A stretch of DNA of 64,000 bases, from IMG/VR virus record IMGVR_UViG_3300045999_011735, positions 32,001-96,000 of that record, one strand, 5' to 3'. This document shows positions 1 to 9,776 of the stretch, piece after piece (positions within the stretch are counted from its first letter, which is position 1; each line of letters opens with the position of its first letter). The notes under the pieces were generated by a model. It saw only the letters and a list, made by a program, of their open reading frames with translations, made no database searches and was not told the DNA's origin. Position numbers and translations under genes: made by a program. This stretch comes from a virus.

Positions 1-392
1 ACAAAGTAGTTAGCGCCAAGACCTACGTTTGCGTTTTTAACTGACGTTTCGTTATTGCCAGCTTTAGTAGTAGTGCTTGACAAACTTAATTGAGAGTAAA
101 CGTGAAATTTACTTCCAACACTTAATACGTAACATCTTCCAAAAGCACCAACACCATTTACTTTGGTGGTTGGGTTTTTACTAAATTCACCAGAAACACC
201 TACGGCAAATTTATCAGTTAAAAAATATCCAGCGGCTGGATTGAGAAGGTACTGTCCATCAGTACCAGTTGCTTTTAAGTAAGACACTGTTCCTTCAGCA
301 AATTTTTCTGCTTTTTTAAACTGTGCTTTTGTTGTAAACGACACTAGCATTAATGATAATGCGGTCACAACGAATTTTACTTGTTTTTTCAT
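1..392 (-). CDS. Outer-membrane beta-barrel protein, Bacteroidota type (partial, runs off window start)
   Basis: Hand-translated ORF from ATG at 392: MKKQVKFVVTALSLMLVSFTTKAQFKK... Signal peptide with KA|Q cleavage, then alternating amphipathic strands (NPAAGYFLTDKFAVGVSGEF, VGAFGRCY, VGLGANYF). Not in the ORF track. Confidence 0.75.
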   Translation of the reverse strand, partial: MKKQVKFVVTALSLMLVSFTTKAQFKKAEKFAEGTVSYLKATGTDGQYLLNPAAGYFLTDKFAVGVSGEFSKNPTTKVNGVGAFGRCYVLSVGSKFHVYSQLSLSSTTTKAGNNETSVKNANVGLGANYF

Positions 393-410
393 AATTGTTT
401 TTTTGGTTAA

Positions 411-443
411 AAAATAAAAAAGCAGAGACATAATGTCCCCGCT
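411..443 (-). terminator. Intrinsic terminator-like hairpin in the leader of the OMP gene
   Basis: Minus strand AGCGGGGACA-TTA-TGTCTCTGCT followed by TTTTTATTTT. Confidence 0.6.
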
Positions 444-519
444 AGCGCGTTATGCATACTTGTATTATAATATGTCTGTAGCAGTATTTTTGAAATTTTT
501 AGTTTCATGTATAAATATG

Positions 520-1302
520 TTAAGATAGCTTTACTGAGGTGGGCAATAGCTCAGTCATGGGTTTAGAGTCAGGGTTCTCTAGTTTATATATGTCGTATAT
601 TTTAAGAAACATTTCAAAATTACGATCAATATCACCTATTGTTTTTAATTGCCATCCTTTACCTTGAATTGCATCACCTTTACCTTCACCCCTAGTAGAT
701 GCTTTCAACCATAAAATACCTGTTTCCTCAATTGGTGTGTCATGTGTTTCATTCCATGCTTTAGCATAGGAAGCTAACTGTAAATCGTATGATGTATGGA
801 GTGAATTTGATGTTTTAACATCCAGTAACCACACTTTACCTTTTAATTTAACAATTAAGTCGGCTGTACCAGCATACTTATGGTTGTCTGAAAATAAGTG
901 GTATTCAGTAGCTATAAGCTCAGGTTTATGTGTATTCCAAAATTCAGAGAATTTAAGAATCATTTTCCAAACATCAAGTGAATAAATAGCACTTCCAAAT
1001 TCATCAATCCATTTAATTTCCTCTCCATTTAAAAATGCTTCTACTGCGTTATGTACTTGAGTACCTTCAGCAGCAGCTCTAGAGGCAATAATATCACTAT
1101 TATGTCCTACATCTTTAAGCCATGAGTGGAAGAATTGGTTTTTAGGAAAATAATTTAAAATAGAGGAAACAGAAGGGTAATACTCTTCGTTGCGTCTATA
1201 GAATCGTTGATCCAAAACATTAATTTGTTTATTATCCGCACTATATTCTACAATACGTTTAATTTTTGGATCCTTAATAATGTTTACATTTTTATCTATC
1301 AT
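520..1302 (-). CDS. PD-(D/E)XK exonuclease
   Basis: YPSVSSIL, GTQVH, YAGTADL, LLDVKTS and QLASYA motifs. Confidence 0.85.
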   Translation of the reverse strand: MIDKNVNIIKDPKIKRIVEYSADNKQINVLDQRFYRRNEEYYPSVSSILNYFPKNQFFHSWLKDVGHNSDIIASRAAAEGTQVHNAVEAFLNGEEIKWIDEFGSAIYSLDVWKMILKFSEFWNTHKPELIATEYHLFSDNHKYAGTADLIVKLKGKVWLLDVKTSNSLHTSYDLQLASYAKAWNETHDTPIEETGILWLKASTRGEGKGDAIQGKGWQLKTIGDIDRNFEMFLKIYDIYKLENPDSKPMTELLPTSVKLS

Positions 1303-2267
1303 ATTAATTCTAATTTTTTACTTACAAGAGTAGAAAAAGTTAGGGGCGGAGTGGCTTCGATGTTCTCAAGGAAACGTTCGAAGCCGATTTCGTTTGCATC
1401 TTTTCCACCTAGTTCTACTAAATAAACTTCTTTACCGTATGAAAGTAGTTTTTCACAATGCTTAATTGCTTCTTTTAAAGCATCATTGTCAAGTGCAATA
1501 TACACCTTTTGTACTTGGGAACCAACTATTTTTTTCATTAGTTGTTCTGAAATGTTTTTTCCAAATAACGGAATAACGTTGCGTTTAATTGTTAAAGCAT
1601 CAAATATACCTTCAACAAGAATAATAGGTGTATTCCAATTAATGTAATATTCCCAACCAATAATATTTCTATCTACTGCTGGGTTTTTATATTTTTGTGG
1701 ATCGTCTGAAAGATAGGTGCGTGTGGAATAAAAGTTTAAAATACCATTTTCATTATATGATGGTATGACAATGCGTTTTGAAAAATTACCTTCAGCACAA
1801 AATCCAATGTTATATTTAATTATATCGTTTTCAGTAATACCACGTTGCTTAAGAAATTTAATGGCATGACGTGCTTCAATTTGTGAAATTTTATCTAGGC
1901 TGGGTGTGTTAGAGAGGGGAATAAATTCTTTAGGGAGAGAAATTGTATAGGATTGTTGTTCTTGTTTTTTTCCGGGTTTGATAAGGGAATTTAATTCGGC
2001 TATACGATGTGAAGGTGCCTTAATTTTTTTAAATAATGAAGAAATAGATTTACCCTTTTCCTCACAAACCCAACAATGCCAAGGATTTTCCTTTTTTTCG
2101 TTTGTGTGAAGTTGAATTTCTAATTTAAACTTAGTATGATGGCAAAATGGGCACCTAAATGCCGCATTATTTCTTGCTGTTGAACGGCCTTTACCAAGTA
2201 CCGATTCTAACAACACCATTAACATTTTTTCCCTTATTCCCTCTTCATTCATAACATTTTTTTTCAA
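1299..2267 (-). CDS. DNA primase (CHC2-type Zn finger + TOPRIM)
   Basis: CPFCHH...WHCWVC zinc finger; RIVIP, KYKNP, LVEGIFDA, IALDND, KDANE motifs. Confidence 0.9.
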   Translation of the reverse strand: MKKNVMNEEGIREKMLMVLLESVLGKGRSTARNNAAFRCPFCHHTKFKLEIQLHTNEKKENPWHCWVCEEKGKSISSLFKKIKAPSHRIAELNSLIKPGKKQEQQSYTISLPKEFIPLSNTPSLDKISQIEARHAIKFLKQRGITENDIIKYNIGFCAEGNFSKRIVIPSYNENGILNFYSTRTYLSDDPQKYKNPAVDRNIIGWEYYINWNTPIILVEGIFDALTIKRNVIPLFGKNISEQLMKKIVGSQVQKVYIALDNDALKEAIKHCEKLLSYGKEVYLVELGGKDANEIGFERFLENIEATPPLTFSTLVSKKLELI

Positions 2268-2299
2268 AACCCCTGTAGGTTAAAGTTACGGGAAATTCT

Positions 2300-2728
2300 T
2301 TAGTCTACCAAATCTTTCTTGAAAAACTTTCCTAAGATATTATCATTATAGGAGAGACTAGGTGAAACAAGGCATTCAAACTTACATTGGTAATGCATTT
2401 CATAGTATGTAAGTTGTTTTTTAGTTTTACATGGTTTAAGTATCATACATTCAAAATGATCCTCACCTAATACTCTAACAGCTTCAAGTAATTCTTTAGA
2501 AGAACCCCAATATGTTTTCCAGTCACTTTCAACACGGACTATTTCGGTAGTAGGTTTACGTCCTGGTCCTATTTGTTCTGCTAGTTGTTTTTTGGTTAAT
2601 TTTTTCTTTTTATTAAACCAAAAATATTTTTTACCAATGTAAAATTTTCCGTCTGTTAGGTTTGTAATTTTATAAACAAAACCTAAGTAATCTTCAGGAT
2701 TTAATATATCCCAATAATTCCATTTCAT
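2300..2728 (-). CDS. GIY-YIG endonuclease (T4 EndoII-like)
   Basis: GFVYKITN...FYIGKK, ESDWKTYWGSS, YNDNILGKF. Confidence 0.8.
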   Translation of the reverse strand: MKWNYWDILNPEDYLGFVYKITNLTDGKFYIGKKYFWFNKKKKLTKKQLAEQIGPGRKPTTEIVRVESDWKTYWGSSKELLEAVRVLGEDHFECMILKPCKTKKQLTYYEMHYQCKFECLVSPSLSYNDNILGKFFKKDLVD

Positions 2729-2734
2729 AACATA

Positions 2735-3085
2735 TTATTTATCATATTTAACCACAAAAGTCATATCAGTATTTTGTGATAGAGGAATTGGTTGTGCCAA
2801 TTTAGCTACAGCCAATAAATCGTTTTGTTCATTATATAAACCAACTGTTGTAACATAAGGTTCAAAATAGGATGCAGTAACAAAATATTTTACTTCAGGA
2901 ATAGGAGAAGTTAATGATTGACTAAAAAATCCACTTCCACTAAATAAATTATCCTGTAATAAAGTAGGGTTGTATGACAGATTAAATTCATTATCCTTTA
3001 CATGACAAATTACGTTTTGCTCATATATAACCATTTCATTTTGAAATGATAGATTAAAACTTGGAGCTAAAGCAACTGAAGGCAT
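2735..3085 (-). CDS. Baseplate/tail structural protein, C-terminal-module paralog of 9777..10799
   Basis: VTTVGLYNEQNDLLAVAKL matches ITTVGLYNDQNELLAVAKL of the 340-aa ORF. Confidence 0.7.
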   Translation of the reverse strand: MPSVALAPSFNLSFQNEMVIYEQNVICHVKDNEFNLSYNPTLLQDNLFSGSGFFSQSLTSPIPEVKYFVTASYFEPYVTTVGLYNEQNDLLAVAKLAQPIPLSQNTDMTFVVKYDK

Positions 3086-3104
3086 AATTTAAATAATTTA
3101 TATT

Positions 3105-3845
3105 TTAAGAACATTGAGGAAAAGCATAAGCTGAAACCCAATTATAGTTTGAATCAAATTGCCACAACCCACCATTTATAAAAACATAAAGAGGGCCATC
3201 ATTACTTAATGGAAGATTTCCACCTGAGTCTGTATAGAGAGGACAAAAAACTCCAAAATTTCCAAGGTTACAAAGAGACCAAAGACTTTGAGGGTTATAA
3301 GCAGCATTGTTACATGCATCAAATGCTGTTGCTCCCCAACCACATCCTATAAATTCAGTAAAAACTAATGGTGGTGGTGATGAAGGAGTTATAGATGGTG
3401 TTCTAGTAATTGTTGGTGTTGGTGTCGGTGATTGAGAGGCACCTATAGTAGGTGATGGAGTAACAGAAAGTGTAACACTTGGAGTAACTGTTCTAGTTGG
3501 AGTAACTGTTGGTGTTAATGTTCTAGAAGGAGTTACAGTTGGAGTAACTGTGGCGCTAATACTGCGTGTTGGAGTAATTGAAGGAGTAATAGTAGGAGTT
3601 GGTGTAACTGAAAGTGATGGGGAAGGAAATGGTAATATTTCTTCATTTGCACAACCAAACGCTTCATTAGTAACTACAATAGATGATGAAGGAACACCAA
3701 GAGGAACATTTACAAGATATCCTGCCTCTAATTCAGGTCTAGTTACGTTAGAGGCATACAAGGTTTGTCCACTGCTACCTGAAAGATAGACATTAAATGG
3801 TCCTGGTGAATTTCCTTGATCATAATATATTACGTAAGTAGGCAT
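3105..3845 (-). CDS. Thr-Pro repeat virion/fibre protein with Cys-rich C-terminal domain
   Basis: Central TP[ST][IV]T repeats; C-terminal GCGWG...DAC...LYTD domain. Confidence 0.65.
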   Translation of the reverse strand: MPTYVIYYDQGNSPGPFNVYLSGSSGQTLYASNVTRPELEAGYLVNVPLGVPSSSIVVTNEAFGCANEEILPFPSPSLSVTPTPTITPSITPTRSISATVTPTVTPSRTLTPTVTPTRTVTPSVTLSVTPSPTIGASQSPTPTPTITRTPSITPSSPPPLVFTEFIGCGWGATAFDACNNAAYNPQSLWSLCNLGNFGVFCPLYTDSGGNLPLSNDGPLYVFINGGLWQFDSNYNWVSAYAFPQCS

Positions 3846-3899
3846 ATTGTTTTTATATCAATGTAATGAAAAATATTGATATCTCCACATAAATATATT

Positions 3900-6800
3900 T
3901 TAACATGGACCTATATCTAAATACACATAATAATCATAAGTACCTGATACAATAGTAATACTACAATAAGCAGATGCTGTAAATAAGTCACATTGTGAAT
4001 TACTACAACCACCAGTACCACTAACACCTGCTGCTACTTGTGCTCCACTGGCATTAGCAGCTAATTCTATAGTATCACCAACAGATACACCAAATGTTCC
4101 ACTATTAGTTACTGATTGAAATACTTCAATATTAGAATTTTTATAAATGGCCATATCTCCAGAAGTAGAATCTGTATTTGTAGTTTGCCAAATAACTTGA
4201 TAAACTGGTGTAGGAGTAATAGTTGGTGTTGGTGTTGGAGTAGCGGTTATACTAGGAGTAGGTGTTATTGATGGAGTAGCGGTTATTGATGGTGTAGGTG
4301 TTATACTTGGTGTTTGAGTTCTAGTTGGTGTAGGTGTAATAGTTGGTGTAGGTGTTACACTAGGACAAGCTCCTAATGATGTAACTATACCTCCAGTTCC
4401 AATATAACATTGACCACCAACTGAGAAATGTTTTAAAACTGTTGTTACTGTACAAGTAGCATTACTATATAATTGTTTACCTGCTGCTAGTACACCACAA
4501 GTATATACAGTTTGAGGAGAACTAGTTTGTGCACAAGCTTCAGCACAATCATTTCCCTCATAAACTACAGTTGCTGTACAATTACAAGGTGTAACAGTAG
4601 GAGTTGGTGTTAATGTTCTAGTAGGTGTAATACTAGAAGTTGGTGTAATTGTTCTAGTAGGAGTGATACTTGGAGTAGCAGTAATACTAGGTGTAGCTGT
4701 TCTAGTAGGGGTAATTGTAACAGTTGGTGTAATAGAAGCTGTTGGTGTAATACTAGGTGTTCTACTAAATGTTGGTGTTGGAGTAATAGATGGTGTTGAT
4801 GTTATTGATGGTGTTATAGTTCTAGTAGGAGTTACAGTAGGAGTAGCAGTAACAGACGGTGTAGGTGTTATACTAGGTGTAGCAGTTATACTAGGTGTAA
4901 TTGTTCGTGTTGGAGTAATACTAGGTGTAGCTGTTATAGATGGTGTAGCAGTTATACTAGGTGTAGCTGTAATTGATGGAGTTATTGTTCTAGTTGGTGT
5001 TATACTAGGAGTAGCTGTAATACTAGGTGTTGGAGTGATAGAAGGTGTTACAGTTACACTTGGTGTTACAGTTTGAGAAGGTGTAATTGTACTAGTAGGT
5101 GTAATTGATGGTGTTACTGTTACACTTGGAGTAACAGTTACAGATGGAGTTACAGTACTAGAAGGTGTAATTGTTCTAGTTGGTGTAATTGATGGAGTTA
5201 CAGTTACACTAGGTGTTATAGTAACAGTAGGAGTTACAGTTTGTGAAGGTGTAATTGTTGTAGTTGGAGTTATACTAGGTGTTATAGTAACAGATGGCGT
5301 TACTGTACTTGTAGGAGTAATACTAGGAGTAGCAGTTACTGTTACAGTTGGTGTTATACTAGGAGTAATTGTAACTGATGGTGTAATTGTACTTGTAGGA
5401 GTAATGCTCGGTGTTACAGTTATTGTAACTGATGGTGTAATAGAAGGTGTTATAGTAATACTAGGTGTAATAGTAGAAGTCGGAGTAATTGATGGAGTTA
5501 CTGTAACAGTAGGAGTAATTGATGATGTTGGGGTTATAGTAACTGTAGGGGTAATACTTGGAGTAACAGTCACACTAGGTGTAACTGTACTAGTTGGTGT
5601 TATACTTGGGGTTACAGTTACAGTTGGAGTAACCGTCACACTTGGAGTTACAGTTACAGATGGAGTAATAGTACTAGTTGGTGTAACACTTGGTGTTATA
5701 GTAACAGTTGGAGTTATACTAGATGTAGGTGTAATAGTTGGTGTTGGTGTTTCACTAGGTGTTACAGTTACACTTGGAGTAATAGTTTGAGAGGGAGTTA
5801 CAGTAATAGTTGGGGTTATAGAAGGTGTTACTGTTACTGTTGGTGTTACAGATGCTGTAGGTGTAACTGTTAAAGTAGGAGTTATACTTGGAGTCTCAGT
5901 TATACTAGGAGTTATTGTAACAGTAGGGGTTACAGTTACACTAGGAGTAACAGTAATGGTTGGAGTTGTAGATACAACAGGTGTTGCTGTTACACTAGGA
6001 GTGGGTGTTATAGTTGGAGTAATAGATGGAGTAACTGTTGATGTTGGTGTTTCACTAGGTGTTACAGTTACAGTTACAGTAGGAGTTACTGTTTCACTAG
6101 GAGTAACAGTCACTGTAGGTGTAATAGTAACACTAGGTGTTATTGAAGGGGTTTCTGTTATAGAAGGTGTAATAGTAACAGATGGGGTAACAGTCACACT
6201 TGGAGTAATAGTAGAAGTTGGAGTAATACTTGGAGTAACAGTTACACTAGGAGTTACAGTTTCCGAAGGAGTAATTGTTACACTAGGTGTTACAGTAAAA
6301 GTTGGTGTAACTGAAGGTGTTATAGTTACAGTAGGTGTAATAGTTTGAGTTGGAGTAACCGTCACACTTGGAGTAACAGTTACAGTTACAGACGGTGTTA
6401 CTGTTTCACTTGGAGTTACAGTAACAGTTGGTGTTACAGTTTCACTCGGAGTAACAGTCACACTTGGAGTTACTGTAGCTGTAGGAGTTACAGTAGGTGT
6501 AATTGTTTCAGAAGGAGTAATTGTAACAGTAGGAGTTATTGTTTGTGAAGGTGTAATTGTTGTTGTTGGTGTAATTGAAGGTGTGATTGTAACTGTAGGA
6601 GTTACAGTTTCACTTGGTGTAATTGTAACAGTAGGAGTAATATTAGGTGTTTCTGTTATAGAAGGTGTAATTGTTACAGTTGGTGTTACAGTAGGAGTAA
6701 TTGTCTCACTTGGAGTAATAGTAACTGTTGGTGTTACTGTTTGAGATGGAGTAATAGTAGTAGTAGGAGTAACACTAGGTGTTACAGTTTCACTAGGTGT

Positions 6801-8738
6801 TACAGTTACAGTAGCTGTAGGTGTTATAGAAGGTGTTACTGTTACAGACGGAGTAACAGTAGGAGTTACAGTCTCACTAGGTGTTATAGTAACTGAAGGA
6901 GTAATTGTTTGAGTTGGAGTGACAGTTGTACTTGGAGTTACAGTTACAGTAACACTTGGTGTTATAGTTGATGTAGGTGTTACAGTAGAAGTAGGAGTAA
7001 TAGTTGGTGTTTCAGTAATAGTAGGTGTAATAGTAACTGTTGGTGTTACTGTTTCACTCGGAGTTATCGTAACTGAAGGGGTAATTGTAGAAGTTGGCGT
7101 TACAGTTGGTGTAACTGTTTCACTTGGAGTAATCGTAACACTAGGAGTTATTGTTGGGGTTGTACTTGGAGTAGTAGTAACTGTAGGAGTTACAGTTACA
7201 GAAGCCTCTATAGTTGCTGATGGTGTAAAAGAAGGTGTTCTACTTACTGTATGGCTTGGTGTTACAGTGACAGTAGGAGTAACAGTTGGTGTTTCAGTTG
7301 GTGTAAGTGAAGGTGTTGATGTTATTGATGGAGTAACAGTTGCTGTAGGGGTTTCACTTGGTGTAACAGATACAGTAGGAGTAATAGTTTCACTTGGAGT
7401 GATTGTAACAGTAGGGGTTAATGTTGATGTTGGTGTTACTGTAGGAGTAATACTTTCACTCGGAGTTATTGTTACTGATGGAGTGATAGTTGTAGTAGGA
7501 GTAACAGATGGTGTTTCTGATGGTGTAACAGTAGGTGTTGGAGTTTCAGTTGCAGTAGGTGTAATCGTTGCAGTAGGTGTAATTGAAGGTGTTTCAGTTA
7601 TACTAGGAGTGATTGTAACTGTTGGTGTTACAGTTTCACTTGGAGTTATTGTAGGAGTAACAGTTATACTTGGGGTAATAGTAGATGTCGGTGTTATAGA
7701 TGGTGTTACAGTAACAGTAGGTGTTATAGTACTTGTAGGAGTAATACTAGGTGTTTCTGTAATGCTAGGTGTAATTGTTACAGTAGGTGTAATTGTTTCA
7801 CTCGGAGTGATAGTTGGTGTTGGTGTTAATGTTTGAGTTGGAGTTATAGTAGGGGTTACTGTTGCACTTGGTGTTACAGTTACTGTTGGAGTTATAGTTT
7901 GAGTTGGTGTTACAGTAGCAGTAGGTGTAATAGTAGGTGTTATAGTTTCACTCGGTGTGATTGTTACTGTTGGCGTTATAGTAACTGATGGTGTAACAGT
8001 TGCTGTTGGAGTTATTGTTGTTGCTACAGTACTTGTAGGAGTAACTGTAGGAGTAATAGTTTCACTTGGAGTTATAGTAACTGATGGTGTAATAGTTTGA
8101 GTTGGAGTAATACTTGGAGTAACAGTTACACTTGGAGTTACTGTTTGAGATGGTGTAACAGTTACACTTGGAGTTACAGTTTCACTAGGTGTAATTGTAA
8201 CTGTAGGAGTTATAGTTTCACTAGGAGTAATAGTTCTAGTTGGTGTAATAGTTGGTGTTGTACTAGGAGTTACAGTTACTGTTGGAGTTATAGTAGAGGT
8301 AACAGTAGCTGTAGGTGTTATAGACGGTGTTATTGTTTTAGTAGGAGTTATAGTAACCGATGGAGTAACAGTTGCGGTAGGAGTAATAGTTGAAGCTACA
8401 GTTGCTGTAGGAGTAACTGAAAGGGTTTTTGTTATGGTAGGAGTTATAGAAGGAGTTCTAGTGATACTTGGAGTAATACTAGGTGTTGCAGTTACTGTTA
8501 CAGTAGGTGTAGGTGTAAAAGTTGGAGGAGGAGTAAATAATATAAGTGTATTACTTTGAAAAAAAGGATCAACCGCTTGTATATAAGCAGCATATGTTGC
8601 TGAAGGAACAGGAGCATAAGAAGCAGATCCACTTGAGTTATTAGCATATATAATGACATCCTGCAAACCAGTTTCATAATACTGGTCTACATAAAGCACT
8701 GAAGCTGTAACATCAAATGAAGCTGAAGTGTATCCCAT
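3900..8738 (-). CDS. Giant mucin-like Thr-Pro repeat protein (1612 aa), probable virion appendage
   Basis: Uninterrupted 4.8-kb ORF; about 1300 aa of TP[ST][IV]T[IV] units; two Cys-containing terminal domains; inside the structural block; no signal peptide. Confidence 0.75.
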   Translation of the reverse strand: MGYTSASFDVTASVLYVDQYYETGLQDVIIYANNSSGSASYAPVPSATYAAYIQAVDPFFQSNTLILFTPPPTFTPTPTVTVTATPSITPSITRTPSITPTITKTLSVTPTATVASTITPTATVTPSVTITPTKTITPSITPTATVTSTITPTVTVTPSTTPTITPTRTITPSETITPTVTITPSETVTPSVTVTPSQTVTPSVTVTPSITPTQTITPSVTITPSETITPTVTPTSTVATTITPTATVTPSVTITPTVTITPSETITPTITPTATVTPTQTITPTVTVTPSATVTPTITPTQTLTPTPTITPSETITPTVTITPSITETPSITPTSTITPTVTVTPSITPTSTITPSITVTPTITPSETVTPTVTITPSITETPSITPTATITPTATETPTPTVTPSETPSVTPTTTITPSVTITPSESITPTVTPTSTLTPTVTITPSETITPTVSVTPSETPTATVTPSITSTPSLTPTETPTVTPTVTVTPSHTVSRTPSFTPSATIEASVTVTPTVTTTPSTTPTITPSVTITPSETVTPTVTPTSTITPSVTITPSETVTPTVTITPTITETPTITPTSTVTPTSTITPSVTVTVTPSTTVTPTQTITPSVTITPSETVTPTVTPSVTVTPSITPTATVTVTPSETVTPSVTPTTTITPSQTVTPTVTITPSETITPTVTPTVTITPSITETPNITPTVTITPSETVTPTVTITPSITPTTTITPSQTITPTVTITPSETITPTVTPTATVTPSVTVTPSETVTPTVTVTPSETVTPSVTVTVTPSVTVTPTQTITPTVTITPSVTPTFTVTPSVTITPSETVTPSVTVTPSITPTSTITPSVTVTPSVTITPSITETPSITPSVTITPTVTVTPSETVTPTVTVTVTPSETPTSTVTPSITPTITPTPSVTATPVVSTTPTITVTPSVTVTPTVTITPSITETPSITPTLTVTPTASVTPTVTVTPSITPTITVTPSQTITPSVTVTPSETPTPTITPTSSITPTVTITPSVTPTSTITPSVTVTPSVTVTPTVTVTPSITPTSTVTPSVTVTPSITPTVTITPTSSITPTVTVTPSITPTSTITPSITITPSITPSVTITVTPSITPTSTITPSVTITPSITPTVTVTATPSITPTSTVTPSVTITPSITPTTTITPSQTVTPTVTITPSVTVTPSITPTRTITPSSTVTPSVTVTPSVTVTPSITPTSTITPSQTVTPSVTVTPSITPTPSITATPSITPTRTITPSITATPSITATPSITATPSITPTRTITPSITATPSITPTPSVTATPTVTPTRTITPSITSTPSITPTPTFSRTPSITPTASITPTVTITPTRTATPSITATPSITPTRTITPTSSITPTRTLTPTPTVTPCNCTATVVYEGNDCAEACAQTSSPQTVYTCGVLAAGKQLYSNATCTVTTVLKHFSVGGQCYIGTGGIVTSLGACPSVTPTPTITPTPTRTQTPSITPTPSITATPSITPTPSITATPTPTPTITPTPVYQVIWQTTNTDSTSGDMAIYKNSNIEVFQSVTNSGTFGVSVGDTIELAANASGAQVAAGVSGTGGCSNSQCDLFTASAYCSITIVSGTYDYYVYLDIGPC
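4211..8530. repeat. Degenerate coding tandem repeat (Thr-Pro units)
   Basis: + strand recurring GG(T/A)GT(T/A)A(C/T)(A/T)GT-type 12-24 bp units with third positions varied; interrupted by a Cys domain at about 4365-4587. Confidence 0.9.
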
Positions 8739-8753
8739 TTTCTTTTTTCTTTT

Positions 8754-9755
8754 TTATGGTGCTAATTGAGTAAATTCTACAACCAATTCACCACTTCCAC
8801 TTACTAAAGGAGAAGCTAATATAATTAATGATGGTTCTCCTATAGACATTTCAAATTCACAATTTGGATCTAATACATTAACTCTTATCTTTCCTAAGTT
8901 ACTTGTTAATGGATTACAATATGATCCTGTAACTTGGAATGTATAGAAGGTTTCATAAACACCTACTCCAAGCCCACTAAAGGACATTGTTACTGTATTA
9001 TTAGAACCTGTGCTAAAGAATTGTATATCTCCTCCTGATAGTTGTATTGATTGATTTATAAGGATATTTCCATTTAAAACATCATTGGCTAATGGAGATA
9101 TTGAAATACTAACAGGGTTTCCATAATCACTTCTTGTAATAGTAACAACATCATCGTAAGCAATAGGAGTTAATGGGAATATTCCTTGATAATCTTGATT
9201 TGTAAGTACTACAATACCTTCTGGGTAGAAAATATTTCCTGAATGGGTTGTGTAATTATCATATATATTTCCTTTACCATCATCTGTAAGGTTATATGTA
9301 GATGAAGTCATTTGGAAACTGTATGGTAATATTCTTTCACCATAAATTTTAGGGGATATAGAAAGCACTTTAATAGATTCTCCAACACCAGTTGGAAAAT
9401 TGCTAATAAATGCTGGGTCGTTGTTGAAATCAAAATATGAGCGAGATGCTCTTAATCCTGTAGGATTTCCACTATAATAAATTGAGGAAGCAAGAGAAGC
9501 AGTTGATAGATATAAATTATCTCCGTATTCATGATAAAACATTTGGTTTATCATGTCATACATTAATCTATCATATTGTCCATTTGTAATAGGTTCTCCA
9601 CCTGGGTCGAAAGTACCTGTTATATAAGTACCATTGTATATGTCGACATAAGGATCATCTACTGGTAAAGGACAATAGTTAAAATTCCATTGCTTGTTAG
9701 CTATAACAGGTACTGTTATAACATCTGAAGACTTTAACTTTTTGAATGATCCCAT
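8754..9755 (-). CDS. Baseplate/tail structural protein (N-terminal-module paralog of 9777..10799) with Ig/cadherin-like extension
   Basis: YGERILPYSF...LTDDGKGN...GNIFYPEGIVVLT parallels YKEHIQPGSM...LTDDS...GYLFPDNDIIIL; PIAYDD...ISPLAND resembles an Ig-like repeat start. Confidence 0.6.
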   Translation of the reverse strand: MGSFKKLKSSDVITVPVIANKQWNFNYCPLPVDDPYVDIYNGTYITGTFDPGGEPITNGQYDRLMYDMINQMFYHEYGDNLYLSTASLASSIYYSGNPTGLRASRSYFDFNNDPAFISNFPTGVGESIKVLSISPKIYGERILPYSFQMTSSTYNLTDDGKGNIYDNYTTHSGNIFYPEGIVVLTNQDYQGIFPLTPIAYDDVVTITRSDYGNPVSISISPLANDVLNGNILINQSIQLSGGDIQFFSTGSNNTVTMSFSGLGVGVYETFYTFQVTGSYCNPLTSNLGKIRVNVLDPNCEFEMSIGEPSLIILASPLVSGSGELVVEFTQLAP

Positions 9756-9776
9756 TTAATAACATTATTATCTAGA

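Noticed and set aside
2300-2728. GIY-YIG gene as an intron-encoded mobile element
   Set aside because: Free-standing between intact genes, with no room for group I intron structure.
3550-8393. Gly-Val-rich and Ser-Tyr-Trp-rich plus-strand ORFs
   Set aside because: Antisense shadows of the Thr-Pro codon repeats; no independent signals.
4211-8530. Possible CRISPR array or satellite
   Set aside because: Units are degenerate multiples of 3 inside one ORF, with no constant repeat and unique spacers.
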